Source: a virus
Taxonomy: Duplodnaviria > Heunggongvirae > Uroviricota > Caudoviricetes
DNA length: 39,054 bases
IMG/VR virus record: IMGVR_UViG_3300047548_000621
Span: 72,200 to 111,253 of that record
Strand: one strand, 5' to 3'
The notes under the pieces were generated by a model that saw only the letters and a program-made list of their open reading frames with translations, searched no databases and was not told where the DNA came from. The translations under genes were made by a program, and so were the position numbers. The stretch's first letter is position 1. Each line of letters starts with the position of its first letter. Below are positions 17,307 through 26,101 of this stretch, piece after piece.

Positions 17307-19073
17307 TTATTCTATGTCTGCTGCTGTGTTGTATGTGGTAAAACCGTTTTCTTTGACAACCTTAAGAACACTAGGAACACGACCTGCAAGTTCTTCTCTA
17401 TGACTGACAAGCCAAATGCTCTTGTTACGCCTGCGCGACATATCTTTGAGAATAGCCATACTATTCTCAACGCCTATACTATCCATACCTGAGTCGATCA
17501 ACTCGTCAATAAACAGTGTGTTGATCGGGAAATATAGATTTTCCCAAACATCTCTAAATGCGAAACTAAGCCCAAGAATCAATCGGTTCCGCTCACCGCG
17601 TGATAAGTTGTCAAAGTCAAGTTCACGCCCGAGTTCAGTAATTTCAACCGACAAATCGTTCTTGAATACGACCGTATGTGGCAATCCTATCTTGTCTAAG
17701 TAATGTGTTAATCTTGCATTCAAATAACTCAAGTTCTGATCAATGATCTTCTTACGAACAAAACTATCCTTACTAGTTAATATGTCCAAAAGAAACTTCA
17801 AGTGATCACCATATTTAGTTAGTTCATTGATTTTATCAAAAGTAACTTCCTGCAATGCTTGATTTTCCATATCAACAATCTGTTCTTGATATGGGTCAGT
17901 CTCATCTGTCTTATTCTCAATCTGCTGTAACAGATTAGCAACTGTAGTCTTATGCTCAATTGCTTCGGCTTCAGTTTCATAATGTGTAGTTGGTTTCTCG
18001 CCCAAAATAAACAATGAATTTTTATTTTTTTCTAATTCATTTTGGGTTTGGACAAGATCATCAACTGCTGTAGCAAGAAGTTCACGCTTACTGTTTATAA
18101 CAGCAGAGTGATTTTCATCGTGAAAGTCTTGACCACAAGCATAACACTTGTTATCTTCAAGTGTCTTAATTTCAGCTTCAAGTTTACTAACAATAGCCGT
18201 TTCTTTTTTCAATGTTGTTTCAAGGCGATTGATAGTAGAGTTGATGTTATTTAATTCTACTTTGTTTGCTTCGTAAATCTTGAGGTCATAATGAGATTGC
18301 AACTCATTAGTAATATCAATTTTCGATAGTTCATCGTATCGAAGTGCTAATAATTCAAGGTCTTCTTTATGTTTAGCTTCCCAAAGCCTTTGTCTACGCT
18401 TCAAGCTATCAATTTGCTCTTGAACACGTTTGTTGGCTTCTTCAACGGCTTTGTTTCTAAACTCTTCCTGCTGAATATTATCCTTGTTCAGCCTAATCTT
18501 TTCTTTGATTAAATCTGCTTTCTCAGAAAGCAAGGTGATGCCCAACAATTGTTCGATAACATTTCTTTGATCGTTTGCCTTCATTGACAAGAATGGCTCG
18601 CTGTATGTATTCAATGCAACAATATGCTTGAACATATCAGGAGTCATCCCTATAGCGTGTTCAATTGCTAACTGAGTTTCCTTGTTCTCGCCCTGCGCTT
18701 CATTCTTATCTTCTTTATTGTTTTGCAAATTGTTGTTTACATAGAACCTAAGAATATGCGGCTTTCTTCCGCGCTCAATCTTATAATCAATGCCGTTACT
18801 AGAAAACTCTAAAGTAACCATCATATTTTTGGCATTGGTTCGATTGATAAGGTTATCTTTACGAATCTGATTGATAGGGGAGCCGAACAATACATAGCTC
18901 AACCCTTGAATCAATGTAGTTTTGCCAGTACCATTTCTAGCACCGTCACCGCCCAAATCTATGTTCTCGCCTAAAATAAGCGTGAGTTCACTAGTATCAA
19001 AGTTTACTGCTTGGCAAACCGCCCCGATTGAAAGAAAATTACGCAGTGTTATGTTTTTAAATGTAATACTCAT
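17307..19073 (-). CDS. gp46: Recombination endonuclease ATPase subunit (gp46/SbcC/Rad50-like)
   Basis: Walker A GARNGTGKTT, zinc hook CYAC, signature LSRGE, Walker B LFIDE. Confidence 0.95.
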   Translation of the reverse strand: MSITFKNITLRNFLSIGAVCQAVNFDTSELTLILGENIDLGGDGARNGTGKTTLIQGLSYVLFGSPINQIRKDNLINRTNAKNMMVTLEFSSNGIDYKIERGRKPHILRFYVNNNLQNNKEDKNEAQGENKETQLAIEHAIGMTPDMFKHIVALNTYSEPFLSMKANDQRNVIEQLLGITLLSEKADLIKEKIRLNKDNIQQEEFRNKAVEEANKRVQEQIDSLKRRQRLWEAKHKEDLELLALRYDELSKIDITNELQSHYDLKIYEANKVELNNINSTINRLETTLKKETAIVSKLEAEIKTLEDNKCYACGQDFHDENHSAVINSKRELLATAVDDLVQTQNELEKNKNSLFILGEKPTTHYETEAEAIEHKTTVANLLQQIENKTDETDPYQEQIVDMENQALQEVTFDKINELTKYGDHLKFLLDILTSKDSFVRKKIIDQNLSYLNARLTHYLDKIGLPHTVVFKNDLSVEITELGRELDFDNLSRGERNRLILGLSFAFRDVWENLYFPINTLFIDELIDSGMDSIGVENSMAILKDMSRRRNKSIWLVSHREELAGRVPSVLKVVKENGFTTYNTAADIE

Positions 19074-19264
19074 TTGTTATCTTTGTCTGTTCTGTTATGT
19101 GCATCCATAAGAACTTGCAATTCGTTGTTAAGCTTTTGTAAATATGGCTTACCAAATTTTTCTAATCTTTCAATAGGATAGTTCTTAATTGCTTGTGTAT
19201 AGTTATCAATCTCAATTTTCTTTAATTGAATTTGATGTTCTAAGTTATATGCATTCCTCTTCAT
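19070..19264 (-). CDS. Small hypothetical protein between gp47 and gp46
   Basis: 64 aa, overlaps both neighbours by 4 nt (translational coupling). Confidence 0.65.
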   Translation of the reverse strand: MKRNAYNLEHQIQLKKIEIDNYTQAIKNYPIERLEKFGKPYLQKLNNELQVLMDAHNRTDKDNK

Positions 19265-20277
19265 AGGCTACGATAAATCTCTAACAATAGTTTAGGATCA
19301 AAAAACTCACTTTCAATAGCAGTGATTTGATCAATAACAATTTGGTCAACGGTTTCAAACTTGATTTCGCCGGGTGCAAGATCAATACTATGCTGCTCTA
19401 ACTTTATTGGAATCAATGACATTTCTCTAATACTGTGTTTTGGAATCAATGTTTCACGAATAAAGTTGGCTTCTTCATATGAAATATCAATATCAAGATG
19501 CACTCTAACACTACTTTTAGGAAGTAGCAAGCCTTCTGGGTTATCTAATACTTCACTTAACTTGTATACACGATATAATGGTTGCCCAGGCCAAGAATGA
19601 AATATTGGTTCTTCGCCCCATTCTAATATCATCATACCGCGTTGATCATCGCCTGCGTCAGCATAGTTGTGCGGGAAAGCATTACCGATATACCAGATGT
19701 TATTTCTAGCTTGTCGTTTATGAAAGTGACCACTGAATACTTTTTCAAATCCAGTGACATCATCATCTTTGAGTTCGCCGTGGTCGGGCATCTGAACCAT
19801 TGCGTTCATATAGAAGTTAGGTAGCTCTAAATGACTGAACAAATATTTGCCACTCATCTTAGCTAACTTTTTGTAGTCATCGCCCACTAACCAGGGAGCG
19901 ACAACTACATCACCTTCTTTGAACCAATCGTTAACAATTATAACATTTGATAAATGTCTGGCCCACTCGATACTATGTATGTCACGCTTATCTCTATAAT
20001 AGAGATCGTGATTGCCGGGAATAAAGAAAACTTTATCAAAATTTTGATTCAGTTTTTCTAATGCTCGTAAGCCATACTGTAATGTATGGATATTAATACT
20101 GGCTCTATGATGATTATAATCACCTAAAAAGAAACAAGTATCACAATTTTCTTCTTTTGCCTTACTAATAAACCAATCTACAAACTCAGTGCAGTCAGTA
20201 TTATGTTGTATACTATTGGACTTTAATCCAAAATGAATATCGGTGAAGACAGCAGCCTTCTTAAACAAATTCGCCAT
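19261..20277 (-). CDS. gp47: Recombination endonuclease nuclease subunit (gp47/SbcD/Mre11-like)
   Basis: Metallophosphoesterase motifs DIHFG, GDYNH, GNHD, SGHFH. Confidence 0.95.
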   Translation of the reverse strand: MANLFKKAAVFTDIHFGLKSNSIQHNTDCTEFVDWFISKAKEENCDTCFFLGDYNHHRASINIHTLQYGLRALEKLNQNFDKVFFIPGNHDLYYRDKRDIHSIEWARHLSNVIIVNDWFKEGDVVVAPWLVGDDYKKLAKMSGKYLFSHLELPNFYMNAMVQMPDHGELKDDDVTGFEKVFSGHFHKRQARNNIWYIGNAFPHNYADAGDDQRGMMILEWGEEPIFHSWPGQPLYRVYKLSEVLDNPEGLLLPKSSVRVHLDIDISYEEANFIRETLIPKHSIREMSLIPIKLEQHSIDLAPGEIKFETVDQIVIDQITAIESEFFDPKLLLEIYRSL

Positions 20278-20283
20278 AGTTAC

Positions 20284-20312
20284 ACTATACTTCCACTAAT
20301 CGTAAAAATCAA
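20284..20312 (-). promoter_or_regulatory. Sigma70-type promoter TTGATT-17-TATAGT for gp47
   Basis: -35 at 20312-07, -10 at 20289-84, 6 nt before the ATG. Confidence 0.6.
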
Positions 20313-20326
20313 TAAAACTGGATACC

Positions 20327-21220
20327 TTAATCAGGTAATTGCATCTTCATACCCTTCATTTGTCTATTGAAGGATGGATTCATTCCATTCATTTCAAGAA
20401 TGTCATCACGAATATTTTGATTACGCTTTTCAGTATTCAATACACGGCAGAAACTGTTAGTAATAGCAGCAGTGTAATATGCGAATGGGTTAGCACTCTT
20501 TGCTTCATTGAATCGAAGCCCGACATACGTTAACTGCAACACAGCACTAGCCTTCATTTCATCGTTATATGTATAACCACGCCAGTTGAACTTCATAGCA
20601 TATTTCTCACAGAGCATCATATACATCCTAGCTAATTTGTTAGTAATGTTGCCGTGATCTTTATTGAAGTGTCCGTTTTCCATTCCGCCTTCCCAATGAC
20701 TCTTTCCAACACAATGAAAAGTGTTGTTTTCGTCTAATTTAAAATGCTGAAAGGGAGGGAAGTTAACTTTAACGTGCACCATATCGTCAACTTCTTTCTT
20801 AGTTGACTTGTCTTCTAAATCACTAAAGTCTTCACTATCGATATCATCGAATAAGAAAATATCTTTAGCAGATTTCTTTTTTACAGTTTTTCTGGGTTGC
20901 TTTTGTGCTACCGGAACGTGATCCCAAGTCATTACGCGAAAGATTAAATCAGTAGTCGGTATATTTTCTGCTAATACCTTCTCGCCTGTTTCTTGTGTTA
21001 GTCTATATGCTCTGTTTTCTTTTGCTTGTTGAATTTGAGTTGGCTTTAATGCATATTCTAAGCTTGTAGGAATATCACTATCTGGCATATCAATAATGAT
21101 ATCATATCTGTGATATTCTGGTTCTATGAAAGAACAATATGAATTTTTACTTGTATGTATTTCTTTTAAGATATCTTTATTGTTTAGGTAGTTTACTGTT
21201 TTCTTTGCTTTGATAGCCAT
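20327..21220 (-). CDS. gp55: Late-transcription sigma factor (T4 gp55-like) with a large insertion
   Basis: NYLNNKDIL...NWRGYTYNDEM...FNEAKSANPFAYYT; start placed at ATG 21220 after an AGGA RBS (297 aa), not the track's 21292. Confidence 0.88.
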   Translation of the reverse strand: MAIKAKKTVNYLNNKDILKEIHTSKNSYCSFIEPEYHRYDIIIDMPDSDIPTSLEYALKPTQIQQAKENRAYRLTQETGEKVLAENIPTTDLIFRVMTWDHVPVAQKQPRKTVKKKSAKDIFLFDDIDSEDFSDLEDKSTKKEVDDMVHVKVNFPPFQHFKLDENNTFHCVGKSHWEGGMENGHFNKDHGNITNKLARMYMMLCEKYAMKFNWRGYTYNDEMKASAVLQLTYVGLRFNEAKSANPFAYYTAAITNSFCRVLNTEKRNQNIRDDILEMNGMNPSFNRQMKGMKMQLPD

Positions 21221-21242
21221 ATTTCTTCCTATTATTATGGTA

Positions 21243-21276
21243 AGTATACTATTAGTGTTGCAAATGTGCAACACTA
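21243..21276 (-). promoter_or_regulatory. Sigma70-type promoter TTGCAC-17-TATACT overlapped by a 10-bp inverted repeat
   Basis: -35 at 21271-66, -10 at 21248-43; TAGTGTTGCA-AATG-TGCAACACTA at 21253-21276. Confidence 0.65.
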
Positions 21277-21304
21277 TTGGGTAAAAATACACAGTTTTTA
21301 TTGC

Positions 21305-21335
21305 GATAAATAGTAATTAAGATAGTTTATTTATC
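21305..21335. promoter_or_regulatory. Face-to-face late promoter pair (GATAAATA on + at 21305-12, on - at 21328-35)
   Basis: Exact inverted 8-mers in the divergent gap between gp55 and the baseplate operon. Confidence 0.65.
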
Positions 21336-21346
21336 AGAGGAAAAAT

Positions 21347-22948
21347 ATGTCCAATACTGTTTCTTTACAAGGTCCGATCGGTTCTAGTATAACGCTTTCG
21401 TATGGTTCAACAGGTTTACCCATCGTAAGTGCAACTGATCCGCAGTTCCCCTCTGGAGGATATGGTGGACCATTAGAATCGGGACAAATAAGTAGCTCAA
21501 TAAATCAACTTCAATCAAATATAAATCAAAACAACAATAGAATATTAGAGTTAAACTTAAAAATTGCATCTACTCGTGATAGTCAAGTAATCCCGGCCTC
21601 TGAAAAGCAGGCATTGATACAATCATACCAAAACGAGGTGAACGGATATAAAAATCAAAATGCTAATTTTACTAATTCAATAACTATTGCGAGTTATCTA
21701 GCAAGTAATATAAGTTCACTTACTGCGAAATTAAAAGCTGCACAAGCATCCACCACTACTAACACAGCAGCAAGTAATACTGGTAGTAATCAAACTGCAC
21801 CAAAAGTATCACCTAATGACCCTACTGCTATTGTTGTGAATACTAAACCTGTTGGTAATACTAAAACAGCATCCACTACTAACACAGGGATAGTAGTAAA
21901 CCAGTCTGCTATCCCGAGTGGTAACATTAAGTCTACCCCGCTCCCAACCTCGGACCCGTCTGTAATAAACACTAACATACAACCGGTAGGTAACGTAGCA
22001 GTAAATAAACCGATCCCAACAACTGATCCCAACAAGATTGTTGTTAATGACGAAGCTAATCAACAGGCGGCAGCTAACGCGCAAGCCAATGCATCTCAAG
22101 CAGCTTCGGCGGCCGATCTTACAAATACTGATGCAACACCCAAAGTCATATCAATAGCTGCACAACAAGATTCAACTAAATTTCAAGCAAGGAAAGACTG
22201 GCGCGTAAGATTAGCACTGTCAGATGATGCAAGTGTTAATTATCTGTATAAAGCACCGGATCCGGGAATTCTAAAACCACTAGTTGCAACAAATGGTATT
22301 GTCTTTCCATATACACCAACCATTAATATTAACTATAGTGCTAATTATACCCCTATAGACTTAACACATAGTAACTATAAAGTAAATCAGTATTCAAACA
22401 GCAGTGTCGATAACGTTTCAATAACGTGTGATTTTACAGCCCAGGATACGTATGAAGCTAATTACCTACTTGCAGTAATACACTTTATTAGAAGTGCTAT
22501 GAAAATGTTTTACGGGCAAGATGAAAATCCAAAGAGAGGTACCCCTCCTCCATTAGTCTATCTATTTGGGTTAGGTACTTTTCAGTTTTCTGCTCATCCA
22601 TTAGCTATTTCCGGATTCACTTACAACTTACCTAACGATTGCGATTACATTAAGACTGTAGCACCTTCTGACCCGGGAACGCAACAACCGACTGGAAATA
22701 CGGGAAGTAGTCAAGGTAGATTACCACAAGAAGTCGCTCCTGGCGGGACTGCACAACCGCCCAAATGGTCAGGTCCTGCACCGGGATCAACCGGAGAAGT
22801 TACCTGGGTCCCAACAAAAATTCAGTTAAGCATTTCTTGTGTAGTCATACAAAGTAGAAATCAAGTATCTAATAAGTTTAGCTTTAGAGATTACGCGACT
22901 GGCGATCTATTGAACGGTATTAAAAATCCTGGAGGAGCATTCTGGTAA
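21347..22948 (+). CDS. Baseplate/tail-tube initiator-like protein with a long low-complexity N-terminus
   Basis: C-terminal globular region (DWRVRL...GIVFPYTPTI...PPPLVYLFGLGTFQF...WVPTKIQLSI); first gene of the baseplate cluster; product inferred from synteny. Confidence 0.55.
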   Translation: MSNTVSLQGPIGSSITLSYGSTGLPIVSATDPQFPSGGYGGPLESGQISSSINQLQSNINQNNNRILELNLKIASTRDSQVIPASEKQALIQSYQNEVNGYKNQNANFTNSITIASYLASNISSLTAKLKAAQASTTTNTAASNTGSNQTAPKVSPNDPTAIVVNTKPVGNTKTASTTNTGIVVNQSAIPSGNIKSTPLPTSDPSVINTNIQPVGNVAVNKPIPTTDPNKIVVNDEANQQAAANAQANASQAASAADLTNTDATPKVISIAAQQDSTKFQARKDWRVRLALSDDASVNYLYKAPDPGILKPLVATNGIVFPYTPTININYSANYTPIDLTHSNYKVNQYSNSSVDNVSITCDFTAQDTYEANYLLAVIHFIRSAMKMFYGQDENPKRGTPPPLVYLFGLGTFQFSAHPLAISGFTYNLPNDCDYIKTVAPSDPGTQQPTGNTGSSQGRLPQEVAPGGTAQPPKWSGPAPGSTGEVTWVPTKIQLSISCVVIQSRNQVSNKFSFRDYATGDLLNGIKNPGGAFW

Positions 22949-23265
22949 TGGCTTACAATCAATCTTCATATCCAAAATCAAGTCCGTATTTTCTAACTCA
23001 AATAGTAGATAACAAGTATTTGGGTGTATTAAATTATAGAACAATACCACAAAATCCTAGTGATGTATATATGGTATTAACAGCAGTGTACGAATATAGG
23101 CCCGATTTACTAGCGTTTGACTTATATAATGACCCCACACTTTGGTGGGTATTTGCGGCTAGAAATCCAAATCGTTTGGGATCAGATCCTTATTTTAATT
23201 TTAAAACAGGGCTAGGAATATATATACCTACGCTAAACAACTTAAGGGCATACTTGGGATTATAA
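22948..23265 (+). CDS. Baseplate wedge protein, gp53/P2 gpX (LysM-like) type
   Basis: YEYRPDLLAFDLYNDPTLWWVFAARNP...GIYIP. Confidence 0.75.
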   Translation: MAYNQSSYPKSSPYFLTQIVDNKYLGVLNYRTIPQNPSDVYMVLTAVYEYRPDLLAFDLYNDPTLWWVFAARNPNRLGSDPYFNFKTGLGIYIPTLNNLRAYLGL

Positions 23266-23266
23266 T

Positions 23267-26092
23267 ATGGCAACCCTCTCACAGGTAACTGCGGCAGCAG
23301 AACAAGTAAATAACATATACAATCAATATATTCCTAAATTAGAGTCTATCATTTCGCAGATGAAGGCTATCAATCCCAATGAAACCGGGGCAAGCGCCAA
23401 ACTAGAACAATTAGAACAACAATATCAATCTACTAAAAATGAAGCTAATGCGGCTAGAAGCACAGCAAATTCTAACTTCAGTTCTTTGTATCAAACATTA
23501 AATCAGAGCGACAAAACTGCATTTGAAAACAGCAGTATTAAAAAAACAATTGATCAAAACAGTACTAAAGTAAATTCTTTGGGAAGTGAACACACTTCAG
23601 TATATAATAGTCAAAAAGACGCAATAGCAAAGAATAATGCAACAACCGCTAATGCCAGCTCTGGTACGAATACTACGGGAACAGATCAAGCTAAAACTGA
23701 TGCCAATAATATAACTGGAGCTGCTGACGGTGATAATGCCGGCGATAAGACCGATCAGAAAAAAAATACTACCTCTTCGGATTCCGGTGGATCGAACACA
23801 ACTGCAAAAAAGGAAGGCGGTTCCGGAATAACCCCATATCCCAATGAATTTTTTAACCCCTCGTTGAATGCAAGTCTACGCCCAGGTAGAAGACCAAATA
23901 ATCCTTTATCAAATCTTGCAAGCTATAATTACCAAATAAGTTTATACATGATTACAAAAGATGCATATACTGCATTTGTAGAAGGAGGAATGAGAGATAT
24001 TAACGCATTTGTGAATGCAGGTGCACCATTAAGTCAAAATCCTGCTTCCTCTTCAATTAAAGGCGGGGCATATTTAATTGCGCAAAGCGGAGGGATGAAA
24101 CCAAATGAACGTGTCCCGGGACTAGAATATGATTTTTACATAGACGACTTAAAATTTGACCACCAAACGTTGCCAGAAACTGCTTCAAGTGTTTGTAATT
24201 TGAACATAGACCTTAAAATTATAGAGCCGTACGGATTTTCATTCTTATCTAAATTGAAAAAAGCAAAGGATGAATTGCGTAAATATGATCCAAACATGCC
24301 TGATAAAATCGAAGCCACTTTTTATGTTTTAGGTATTCGTTTTTATGGGTGGGATCAAGGAGGAAGACAAGTTAAAGGTTCGGACATTTATGACGGTGTC
24401 CCAATTGATCCAAATTCAACTAGTACCTCGTTATTTGAAAGTTTTTATGCAGTAAGTATGACCGAACTTAAATTTAAACTTGATGGAAGACCGACTACTT
24501 ATGAAATAAAAATGCAGGAACAGGCGATCACAGCGTTTACTGTAAGAAAGGGTATTGTACCACAAAATATGTCTGGGTCAGGGGTCACAGTTCGTGATGT
24601 ACTTTTAGGAGACGACGGAATTCTAACCAAATTAAATAAAGACTTAGTTAATTTTGTTAAGGATACTAATCCCAAAGTAAATCCTATGAAATATCAAATC
24701 GAGTGGTTAGGTGATGCCGATCTTATTGCTAATGCAACTTTTAGAGGTGATGCAGACACGCAAAAAAATTCAACGCCAGGTAGTACTGCAACTAAAACTA
24801 GCGAATCCAATGATGCAACAGCTATAAAATCACAGCCGCAAGTTAAATCAAAAACACACACTGCCGCAGCAAATGATCCAATAGTTAAGGTCATAGAAGA
24901 TGTGGTTTTAAGAAGTAGTTATGTCGAAGATGCACTAAATGTTAATTATACTGATGCAGCAGAAAATGACCCTAAGAGTAAAAGTGCCCCGAATGTTACT
25001 CCGTCGTACAATAAAGCAATTATGTGGTTTAGTATAAGTCCTAAACTTTCTAATATAGAATGGGTTGAAAAAATTCACGATTGGACGTATACAATAACTT
25101 ATGTGATTCAAACTTATTTAATTCCGGTTATAGATAATCCATATGTTAATAAAACAACAAAATATTATGGACCGCATAAAAGATATGAATACTGGTATAC
25201 TGGAAATAATAAAGAAGTGTTGTCTTATGAAACTAGGTTGGACAATCTTTGGTATACCCTAGGACTAGGAGTTGTGCCAGGAAAAACGGACCAAGCGCAA
25301 GGGAATCAAACTAACAATTCTGAAGGTGCCGGACATGTGGCCCCAGGAACTCAATCTCCGGCAGTTACGGCCGGCGATGGTCATAGATCAGCCGCGGCTT
25401 CAAGTTTTAAAACTAGTCTTTTTGATCAAACTGCGTGGGCCAAAGCAGATATAAACATTGTGGGAGACCCTGACTTCTTAATGCAACCGACTATAACCGG
25501 CGTCAACCAAGTTTATAGTAAACATTATGGAGCAGATGGTTATACTGTTAATCCAACGGGTGGACAAGTTTTTATTGAAATAGACTTCAAAGAAGCAATA
25601 GATTATAGCTCAAGCTCAGTTACTGGGTTGGGTGAGGGATATGGAGTTGGTGGTACACTTTCATTGAATGAAAGTATAGCATTTACTAAAACTCCAAATG
25701 ACTTGCAAACTCCTGATCCTGTGACAGGAAAACCGCTGGTTCAAGGAGTTAGCTACCAGCTTATAAATTTAAGTAGCTCTTTTTCAGGCGGAACATTTAA
25801 ACAAACACTACACTGTAACATAAATTCATTTGGTAAAACACCAACTGAAGCAACCAAAAACAATGTAGATGGATCAGTGGCCACTGATCCATCTACAGCG
25901 CCAGCAGCCAATAATACAAATACTACTGTCAGCGCCAGCCCGCCACCGGATAAATCAGTTGAGACTAAACAAACTTGGTATGGAACTGTGCCGGTAAAAG
26001 CACAATCTAATGTAACCACAACTCAAATCACTTCAGCCACCGGAAATGCAGCTAACCCAGAAACTGCCGATGATGACGCCACTTCAAATTAA
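23267..26092 (+). CDS. Putative baseplate hub protein (gp27/P2 gpD position)
   Basis: NPLSNLASYNYQISLY, IIEPYGFSF, INIVGDPDFL; lies between the LysM and spike genes. Confidence 0.6.
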   Translation: MATLSQVTAAAEQVNNIYNQYIPKLESIISQMKAINPNETGASAKLEQLEQQYQSTKNEANAARSTANSNFSSLYQTLNQSDKTAFENSSIKKTIDQNSTKVNSLGSEHTSVYNSQKDAIAKNNATTANASSGTNTTGTDQAKTDANNITGAADGDNAGDKTDQKKNTTSSDSGGSNTTAKKEGGSGITPYPNEFFNPSLNASLRPGRRPNNPLSNLASYNYQISLYMITKDAYTAFVEGGMRDINAFVNAGAPLSQNPASSSIKGGAYLIAQSGGMKPNERVPGLEYDFYIDDLKFDHQTLPETASSVCNLNIDLKIIEPYGFSFLSKLKKAKDELRKYDPNMPDKIEATFYVLGIRFYGWDQGGRQVKGSDIYDGVPIDPNSTSTSLFESFYAVSMTELKFKLDGRPTTYEIKMQEQAITAFTVRKGIVPQNMSGSGVTVRDVLLGDDGILTKLNKDLVNFVKDTNPKVNPMKYQIEWLGDADLIANATFRGDADTQKNSTPGSTATKTSESNDATAIKSQPQVKSKTHTAAANDPIVKVIEDVVLRSSYVEDALNVNYTDAAENDPKSKSAPNVTPSYNKAIMWFSISPKLSNIEWVEKIHDWTYTITYVIQTYLIPVIDNPYVNKTTKYYGPHKRYEYWYTGNNKEVLSYETRLDNLWYTLGLGVVPGKTDQAQGNQTNNSEGAGHVAPGTQSPAVTAGDGHRSAAASSFKTSLFDQTAWAKADINIVGDPDFLMQPTITGVNQVYSKHYGADGYTVNPTGGQVFIEIDFKEAIDYSSSSVTGLGEGYGVGGTLSLNESIAFTKTPNDLQTPDPVTGKPLVQGVSYQLINLSSSFSGGTFKQTLHCNINSFGKTPTEATKNNVDGSVATDPSTAPAANNTNTTVSASPPPDKSVETKQTWYGTVPVKAQSNVTTTQITSATGNAANPETADDDATSN

Positions 26093-26101
26093 GGATAATG
26101 T

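Noticed and set aside
21221-21292. 24-codon N-terminal extension of gp55 in the ORF track
   Set aside because: It overlaps the promoter and palindrome; ATG 21220 has an RBS and matches the gp55 N-terminal motif.
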